From an uncultured Verrucomicrobia subdivision 3 bacterium (lineage in GTDB: Bacteria; Verrucomicrobiota; Verrucomicrobiia; Limisphaerales; UBA11358), in contig CAIOIC010000111.1 in the NCBI GenBank assembly GCA_903858275.1, positions 20,168 to 84,167 of the forward strand: 64,000 bases of DNA, in the 5' to 3' direction. Made by a program: the position numbers and the translations under genes. The notes beneath the pieces are model-generated. The model saw only the letters and a program-made list of their open reading frames with translations. It had not been told where the DNA came from and made no database searches. This document shows positions 1 to 5,592 of the stretch, one piece after another. The number at the start of each line of letters is the position of its first letter. The first letter of the stretch is position 1.

Positions 1-357
1 ACGCTCGACCAATTCCCGCGCATTTTTCTCAATACGCCGGGCATCGAGTTGGAACAACTGGCCGGTGAAACGGAAAAATTCCCACGCGGTCAGCTTGTCG
101 TAGAGAAACGGGAAATCAGGAACGTAGGCCATCCGCCGCCGCGCCTCCAGCGGCTGTGTCTGGATATCAAAACCGCAGATGCGGGCGGATCCGGAAGTCG
201 GCTTCATCAGGCCGGTGAGCAATTTGATGGTGGTAGTCTTGCCGGCGGCGTTGGGGCCGAGCATCGCAAAAAATTCGCCGCGCGCGATTTTCAGCGACAC
301 CCCGTTGACGGCGGTGAGGTCGCCGAACTTTTTGACGAGCTGGTCGAGTTCGATCAT
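1..357 (-). CDS. ABC transporter ATP-binding protein (5' part only; gene continues past the window start)
   Basis: Not in the ORF track because it runs off the edge. My reverse-strand translation from the ATG at 357 reads MIELDQLVKKFGDLTAVNGVSLKIARGEFFAMLGPNAAGKTTTIKLLTGLMKPTSG, with Walker A GPNAAGKTT. Its ATG overlaps the stop of the upstream ORF (ATGA at 354-357). Confidence 0.85.
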   Translation of the reverse strand, partial: MIELDQLVKKFGDLTAVNGVSLKIARGEFFAMLGPNAAGKTTTIKLLTGLMKPTSGSARICGFDIQTQPLEARRRMAYVPDFPFLYDKLTAWEFFRFTGQLFQLDARRIEKNARELVER

Positions 358-1151
358 CGCAGGGGCCATTCGTCAATGCGTGCCACGATGCCGCCGGGCA
401 GTTGGACGCGCAGAATTTCACCTAACTTGCTCACTTCGATGACAATCGGCTGGCCAAACACCCGGGTTTCCAGCTGGTAAACCGGCACAAGCGCGCTGCC
501 CAGCTTGACGCGGGTGAGGCGGGAATTCCATTGGAATTTAGGCGCGGCAGAATTGGTGGCGCCGCTTGGAATGACTGCTCCAAGCAGTGTGCCGGCGAAG
601 TTTCCCGCGATGGAGCTGATGAGCGCGTCGGGTTTCTCCAACTCGGCAAAGGTGACGTCGCGGTCGAACAGGGAAACATCCTCGTCGCCGATTTTGATGT
701 GAACCATCTGATTCGTCGCGAGGGAATGGATTTCTGCGTTCGCGAGGCGCGAGGAGATTTTCAGGTTCAATTCCCGCCATTCGTTTGAAGAGGAGAAACG
801 GATGCTCCCATCGAATTTTATGCGGTTGGTGAAGTCGCCGAGGGCCAAGTTGCCTGCGAGGTGAATCTGGTAATCGGCGCGGGCGGCAAGGGCATCCGGC
901 GGCAGTCTATTGTCGTCGAGAGCGGCCATCTGCCGGGCCACGCTGGTGGAAAATTCGCAATAGCCCATGCGTTTGCCGTTTTGATAGACGGTCAAGGCGG
1001 AGGCGTCCGGCGATTGCAAAATCTTTTTCCATACCAGTGCCACCGGCACTGGTGTGTCGCCGGCGTGCGAACCATATTCCGTGCGCCAAAGCAGCGCGTT
1101 CATCACGAGCCAGAACAGGGCGATGCCAAGAAAAGTCAGGCGCGCGATCAT
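354..1151 (-). CDS. hypothetical membrane-anchored protein (N-terminal TM helix, beta-rich extracytoplasmic part)
   Basis: 265-aa ORF. The N-terminus MIARLTFLGIALFWLVMNALLW is hydrophobic. It is translationally coupled (4-nt overlap) to the downstream ABC ATPase. I recognise no family. Confidence 0.55.
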   Translation of the reverse strand: MIARLTFLGIALFWLVMNALLWRTEYGSHAGDTPVPVALVWKKILQSPDASALTVYQNGKRMGYCEFSTSVARQMAALDDNRLPPDALAARADYQIHLAGNLALGDFTNRIKFDGSIRFSSSNEWRELNLKISSRLANAEIHSLATNQMVHIKIGDEDVSLFDRDVTFAELEKPDALISSIAGNFAGTLLGAVIPSGATNSAAPKFQWNSRLTRVKLGSALVPVYQLETRVFGQPIVIEVSKLGEILRVQLPGGIVARIDEWPLR

Positions 1152-1158
1152 GCGGCAA

Positions 1159-1962
1159 TCACGGCGGCGGCAGATTTAAACTCTGGCCGACGCGCATTTT
1201 TTTTGGGCTGACACCGGGGTTCGCCGCTTGCAAGGCAGTGAGGCTGATATTGTGTTTGCGGGCGATGGCCGCGAGCGTTTCACCGGCAGCGACGGTGTGG
1301 GTGCGGGGCGGAGAAACTTTTGCCGGAACCGGTTTGGCCGGGGTGGTTGGTTTGGCTGATATAATCGGGCCGCCGGTGTTTGGCGCAGGCTGCGACATGT
1401 CGTCGGGCATGGGGCTGCCGGCCGGTTGCGGGGCGGGATTGTTTTGCGCGCCGGACGGATTGGCTTTGAGCGTGGCCTGTTGGGCGGCGTAGTAGGCGCG
1501 CCACTTTTCAACCTCACTATTGAGCTGTCGGTTTTTTTCCGCGAGGTCTTCCAATTGCCGTTGCGCGGCGGGGGTGCTGGGCGGCGTCAGGACGTTGGCG
1601 GCGAGCTGCTGCTTGCAGCTCTCGATGCGCTGGCGGATGACTTCCGCGTTCCGGGCGTTGGAATCAAATTTCAAATACTGCTGGTAATGATAAATGGCGG
1701 CGGCGGGATCGGATTCCTTCGTGTCGAAAAGGCACGCGAGCTGGAAGTGCGCGGCAGCGGAGCGGGGGTTGGCTTCGAGCGCTTGCTGAAACGCCTCGAC
1801 GGCGCCGTGGTAATCCATCTGGTTGATGCGGCTTTTGCCGAGGCCGAAGTGCGGTTCCTTCTCGTCTTCCAGCTGGCCTTGGCCGGTCGGCGAACATCCG
1901 CTGACCGCGACCATGGTCGCTGCGGTCAGCGTGATTAAATTTATTCTGCCAAGAAAAGACAT
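1159..1962 (-). CDS. TPR plus LysM domain lipoprotein
   Basis: Signal peptide with a Cys (AVSGCSP). TPR-like helices (AVEAFQQALEANPRSAAAHFQLACLF). Pro-rich linker. C-terminal LysM (HTVAAGETLAAIARKHNISLTALQAANPGV...GQSLNLP). Confidence 0.75.
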   Translation of the reverse strand: MSFLGRINLITLTAATMVAVSGCSPTGQGQLEDEKEPHFGLGKSRINQMDYHGAVEAFQQALEANPRSAAAHFQLACLFDTKESDPAAAIYHYQQYLKFDSNARNAEVIRQRIESCKQQLAANVLTPPSTPAAQRQLEDLAEKNRQLNSEVEKWRAYYAAQQATLKANPSGAQNNPAPQPAGSPMPDDMSQPAPNTGGPIISAKPTTPAKPVPAKVSPPRTHTVAAGETLAAIARKHNISLTALQAANPGVSPKKMRVGQSLNLPPP

Positions 1963-2148
1963 GGAACAAAATTAAACGATGCCGCCGCCGGGTGCAATGC
2001 GGGCTTTTGCCGCAGAATTGTTTCGCGCGAAGCTGTTTCAGGCGGGATGAGGCCAAAATATGTGTTATGTCCAAGCATGTTTGGCCTTTGTCATGATATC
2101 TGCCATTGGCGGAAATTGGTTTTCTGTTGATAATGACGACGAATCACC

Positions 2149-3507
2149 ATGAAAAGAATTCTACTCCTAATTGTATTGGCCTGTGTCGCCACGCTGCCGT
2201 TTGGCAGTTTTGCCGGTGAAGCCACCGAAACCAAGGAACAGCGCGATGCCCGCATGGCGTGGTGGCGCGAGGCTAAATTCGGCCTGTTCATCCATTGGGG
2301 AGTATATTCGGTGCCTGCCGGATTTTATCAGGATAAACCGGTCAAGGGCATTGGCGAGTGGATCATGAACCGCGGCAAGATTCCCATGGCCGAATACCAA
2401 CAGTTTGCCAAGCAGTTCAACCCGGCGAAATATAATGCCGATGACTGGGTCAAAGCTGCCAAGGACGCGGGCATGAAATACATCATCATCACCTCGAAGC
2501 ATCATGACGGCTTCGCGATGTTTGATACCAAGGCCAACCCATGGAACATCGTGCAAGCGTCGCCCTATGGCAAAGACCCGCTAAAAGACCTTGCTGCTGC
2601 CTGTCGTAAATATGGTGTCAAACTCGGTTTTTATTATTCGCAGGCGCAGGATTGGAACAACGGTGGTTCCGCCAGCGGTGGCAAATGGGACAAGGCGCAG
2701 GAATATGACATGGATGAATACATTGACAAGGTGGCGGTGCCGCAGGTGAAGGAAATCTGCTCCAATTACGGTGAATTTCCCGCCGTCATCTGGTGGGATA
2801 CGCCGACTGGCATGAATACCAACCGCGCACAGAAACTTTATGATGCCGTCCACGCGCTCCGGCCGAATATCATCCTGAACAACCGTCTTGGTGGCGGTTT
2901 CAAGAGCGATACCGAGACGCCCGAGCAGCATATCCCCCAGAAGGGCTATCCGGGCCGCGATTGGGAAGCCTGCATGACCCTGAACGACACGTGGGGGTTC
3001 AAGCGCGATGACAACAATTGGAAGAGCACCGAGACGCTGCTTTTCAATCTCGTTGACATCGTGAGCAAGGGAGGCAACTACCTGCTCAACGTCGGCCCGA
3101 CGAGCGAAGGAATCATTCCGCAACCCAGTCTCGACCGGCTGGCGGAAATCGGCAAATGGATGAAGGTCAACAGCGAGGCGATCTACGGTGCCGGCACCTC
3201 CTGTTTCGGAGTGGAATATGGACAGGCGGTCAAGGAAAAGGACGGCTATGGTAAGGAGCGCGAAACCTCGGGCAGCCGCGAATGGCGTTGCACAACCAAG
3301 TCGGGGAAAATTTATCTTCACATCTTCAAGTGGCCGAAGGACGGAAAATTTGAAGTGCCCGCACTATCAAGCAAAGTGCAAAAGGCTTACCTGCTGGCTG
3401 GCCAAAAAAAGCTGAAGGTGAAGCAAACGGAAACCGGAATTTCCATCGCTTTGCCGGAAAAAGCACCGGACGCCATCGCCTCGGTGGTCTGCCTGGAAAT
3501 TAAATAA
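2149..3507 (+). CDS. alpha-L-fucosidase (GH29), secreted
   Basis: Signal peptide, then WWREAKFGLFIHWGVYSVPAG ... IIITSKHHDGFAMFDT, which are typical GH29 motifs. Confidence 0.9.
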   Translation: MKRILLLIVLACVATLPFGSFAGEATETKEQRDARMAWWREAKFGLFIHWGVYSVPAGFYQDKPVKGIGEWIMNRGKIPMAEYQQFAKQFNPAKYNADDWVKAAKDAGMKYIIITSKHHDGFAMFDTKANPWNIVQASPYGKDPLKDLAAACRKYGVKLGFYYSQAQDWNNGGSASGGKWDKAQEYDMDEYIDKVAVPQVKEICSNYGEFPAVIWWDTPTGMNTNRAQKLYDAVHALRPNIILNNRLGGGFKSDTETPEQHIPQKGYPGRDWEACMTLNDTWGFKRDDNNWKSTETLLFNLVDIVSKGGNYLLNVGPTSEGIIPQPSLDRLAEIGKWMKVNSEAIYGAGTSCFGVEYGQAVKEKDGYGKERETSGSREWRCTTKSGKIYLHIFKWPKDGKFEVPALSSKVQKAYLLAGQKKLKVKQTETGISIALPEKAPDAIASVVCLEIK

Positions 3508-3525
3508 AATTCCCAAACCCATCAT

Positions 3526-3557
3526 GGCCGCCAGCGTGATTGCTGGCGGCCTTTTTT
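3526..3557 (+). terminator. rho-independent terminator after the fucosidase gene
   Basis: Perfect 10-bp stem GGCCGCCAGC (3526-3535) / GCTGGCGGCC (3542-3551), 6-nt loop, then TTTTTT. Confidence 0.85.
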
Positions 3558-3604
3558 ATTTGCCGGCAAGGTCCGGCCAGAGCAGCCCTGTATGGCCGTT
3601 CGGC

Positions 3605-3625
3605 GTTGAGTGTTGAGTGTTGAAT
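3605..3625. repeat. tandem heptamer repeat GTTGAGT GTTGAGT GTTGAAT
   Basis: Read directly from the sequence; 7-nt period, 3 units. Confidence 0.9.
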
Positions 3626-3707
3626 GTTTCCCGAATTTCCGCTTTTGAATTTGCTTGCCCGTGCGGCAAGCACTTTGCGCCTTGGCGTCTTTGCGTGAGG
3701 GGTCGCG

Positions 3708-3728
3708 CCATCTTCCATCCTCGCCTTC
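3708..3728. repeat. tandem heptamer repeat CCATCTT CCATCCT CGCCTTC
   Basis: Read directly from the sequence. The same CCATCTT unit recurs at 4550-4563. Confidence 0.8.
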
Positions 3729-4231
3729 CACTATCCTATTACCTTCCACATCTGCTCTCGGATTTTATGATAATTTCACTGGATATATCTGTATCTATGT
3801 ATTATAATACACATTGTTCAGTGGGCTCGGCCTGTCGCCGGACGCTGGTGTCTCTGACGCTGCCTTGCCGGTGGCGGGTGCGGTTTTCCGTGTGGCGTGC
3901 GTGGCCGTTCTTTGACATCTGGATTTTGTCCCGCCGCCCGTTCTGTAATCTCTGCAACAGGTGTAGAGTCGAGCCTGTGGCTTGACCGCAACGTGGCCAA
4001 CCGGTGAATTCCGGCCACCGGCCGGACGCTGCACCGTGCGGCGCGCGGCATTTGCAGAGATTTCGTTCTGGGTTGCCCGGGTGGAGTTTGTCCCCTTCGC
4101 CCGGCAACCTGGAAAATTTCAAAATTTAATTATTGGCGCGGTTTGGTGTGCTCGGATTACTTTCACCTGCCGTTGGCTGGAGCATTTGGCCCTGATTCCT
4201 TTTGAAACTTGATCCCCTCAAAAATAAAAAT

Positions 4232-4313
4232 GGTAAAGAAATGGTAAAGTTTTAGGTGCTCTATCAACCACTTACAACAAATCACCCATGGGGTGGTAAA
4301 GAAAACGGTAAAG
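4232..4313 (+). repeat. DR-core module A
   Basis: GGTAAAG-AAAT-GGTAAAG (4232-4249), linker TTTTAGG, 26-nt core TGCTCTATCAACCACTTACAACAAAT (4257-4282). A second pair GGTAAAG-AAAAC-GGTAAAG follows at 4295-4313. Confidence 0.9.
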
Positions 4314-4321
4314 TAATTATC

Positions 4322-4347
4322 GGTGGGGCGAGCGTCCCCGCGAGCTG
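4322..4347. repeat. 26-nt dispersed motif GGTGGGGCGAGCGTCCCCGCGAGCTG
   Basis: 25/26 identical to 26359-26384 (inside argJ). The first 20 nt match 34902-34921 (inside the U32 gene) except for that same C/T position. Contains a small GCGAG/CTCGC-type inverted repeat. Confidence 0.9.
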
Positions 4348-4364
4348 TCATGGCTCGTGTGGCG

Positions 4365-4409
4365 GGCACCTTCTCCCCCTCGGGGGAGAAGGCCGGGATG
4401 AGGGGGCGC
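4365..4409. repeat. 45-nt palindromic (REP-like) element
   Basis: GGCACCTTCTCCCCCTCGGGGGAGAAGGCCGGGATGAGGGGGCGC. The 10-bp stem is CTTCTCCCCC/GGGGGAGAAG. It is 43/45 identical to 63779-63823. Confidence 0.9.
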
Positions 4410-4459
4410 TCCGGCAATCCGAGGTTAATGTGGTGAGGTCGGGTCACAAAAATTTAACC

Positions 4460-4529
4460 GGTAAAGAAAAGGTTAAGTTTTTGATGCTCTATCAACCACT
4501 TGCAACAATTGGTCCTCTGCCTGGTAAAG
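4460..4529 (+). repeat. DR-core module B
   Basis: GGTAAAG-AAAA-GGTTAAG (4460-4477), linker TTTTTGA, core TGCTCTATCAACCACTTGCAACAATT (4485-4510), trailing GGTAAAG (4523-4529). Confidence 0.9.
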
Positions 4530-4549
4530 AAACCGTGGCTCACCAGCCT

Positions 4550-4563
4550 CCATCTTCCATCTT
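4550..4563. repeat. tandem heptamer CCATCTT x2
   Basis: Read directly from the sequence. Confidence 0.8.
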
Positions 4564-4682
4564 CGGCCCCCGCCGACCCCTCGTGCGCCAGAAAAGAGGC
4601 GACAAATGCGCCAAAAAACGACAAAAAGTGCCACAGGGCATCCAGACTCCGGAAAGCGACCCCTGAAAATATGCCTCTCCAC

Positions 4683-4733
4683 GGTCCAGAAACGGTCCAG
4701 TTTTGGATGCTCTATCAATCACTTACGACAAAT
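4683..4733 (+). repeat. DR-core module C
   Basis: GGTCCAG-AAAC-GGTCCAG (4683-4700), linker TTTTGGA, core TGCTCTATCAATCACTTACGACAAAT (4708-4733). Confidence 0.9.
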
Positions 4734-4895
4734 GACCACTCATCCAGCCTTCCCAAGGAGAGAGAATTGGGGCGAGGGAGTTCTGTGGCCCATGTGGCCC
4801 GCATTGTTCGTCCGGTCCGGGCAACCGATGGTTTCACTTCCTCATGGCCAACGGCAGCTTGCCGTCCGTTGCGGGCTGAGCCGGTCAGATGTGGA

Positions 4896-5423
4896 TTACT
4901 TTTTCCCGCTCACCGAATTGGTGGCGGCGAAATCAATCGAGGCCGAGTTGATGCAGTAGCGCAGGCCGGTCGGCGTGGGGCCGTCGTCAAAAACGTGGCC
5001 AAGGTGGCTGCCGCAGTTGGCGCACAAGACTTCCGTGCGTTTCATGCCGTGGCTGTTGTCCTCGCGGGCGATGACTTTCTTCTGCGCGGCGATCTCGGAG
5101 AAGCTCGGCCAGCCGCAGTGCGAATCAAACTTATCGTCCGACTTGAACAAAATCTCGCCGCACGCCGCACAGCGGTAAATGCCCGGCTCCTTGGTGTTCC
5201 AGTATTTACCGGTGAACGGTCGTTCGGTGCCCGCCTCGCGCAGGACGTGGTATTGTTCCGGCGTCAGGAGTTTGCGCCATTCAGCCTCGGTGCGTTGCAG
5301 GGGAAATTTCATAGTGGTGGAATTGGTGGGAGTGGCTGCAATCTGATTCGTCGGCGCGGCACTGCAGCCGACAGTGAGCAGCAGCGCGCTGGCGATGATG
5401 GAAATGAAACCGGTTTTTTTCAT
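4896..5423 (-). CDS. msrB: peptide-methionine (R)-S-oxide reductase MsrB with an export/lipoprotein-type signal
   Basis: Two CxxC pairs (RCAACGEILF, LCANCGSHLGHVFDDGP), GWPSF, and a catalytic RYCINS motif. The N-terminus is MKKTGFISIIASALLLTVGCSAAP. Confidence 0.9.
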   Translation of the reverse strand: MKKTGFISIIASALLLTVGCSAAPTNQIAATPTNSTTMKFPLQRTEAEWRKLLTPEQYHVLREAGTERPFTGKYWNTKEPGIYRCAACGEILFKSDDKFDSHCGWPSFSEIAAQKKVIAREDNSHGMKRTEVLCANCGSHLGHVFDDGPTPTGLRYCINSASIDFAATNSVSGKK

Positions 5424-5592
5424 GGTAGAATTGGCCGTGGGGCTGAATCTGCTTCATGTCGTGTCATTTTTCAAATACGGATTGAAAATGATTTTCCCGG
5501 TGTGCCAGTGATGGGCTGAAGACTGGCAACCCAAGTTGGCCGCCCCGAAGAAAATTCTTGCGGCGGCGTGGTTGGTTGCAAATCCTGTCGCC

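Noticed and set aside
3617-4122. ORFs 3617-3985 (+), 3802-4122 (-), 3795-4034 (-) and 3818-4051 (-) as genes in the gap.
   Set aside because: They overlap each other on both strands and in several frames. They are Cys/Arg/Trp-rich, as expected from random GC-rich sequence, and run through repeat arrays. I recognise no motif in them.
3810-4135. Known housekeeping RNAs (RNase P RNA, tmRNA, SRP RNA, 6S) or a riboswitch.
   Set aside because: I found none of the expected signatures on either strand: no GAGGAAAGUCC-type P4 strand, no tmRNA tag frame or tRNA-like 3' end, no SRP domain IV motif, no B12 box. There is also no downstream gene that a riboswitch could control.
4240-4262. Sigma-54 (-24 GG / -12 GC) promoter in TGGTAAAGTTTTAGGTGCT and its two paralogues.
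   Set aside because: The GG-to-GC distance is 15 nt in all copies, against the 12 nt required by the TGGCAC-N5-TTGC layout.
4257-4733. Possible CRISPR array (three copies of a 26-nt repeat).
   Set aside because: The spacing is about 200 nt rather than 25-50 nt. There are only three copies. Conservation extends asymmetrically into the flanking direct repeats. There are no cas genes anywhere in the window.
4500-5519. 339-aa plus-strand ORF.
   Set aside because: Its 3' two-thirds is the antisense shadow of msrB. Its 5' third reads through DR-core module B and the CCATCTT heptamers. The composition is Arg/Ala/Gly-rich, which is typical of antisense frames.
5536-5592. Upstream alternative starts suggested by the ORF track (5536 TTG, 16965 GTG, 21440, 25436, 45265, 47726, 50826, 54757).
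   Set aside because: Internal ATGs give canonical N-termini: a Tat or Sec signal, or ribosomal protein, ArgJ, MlaF, EVE, Tgt or DUF1080 starts. They also remove overlaps with neighbouring genes or repeat arrays.
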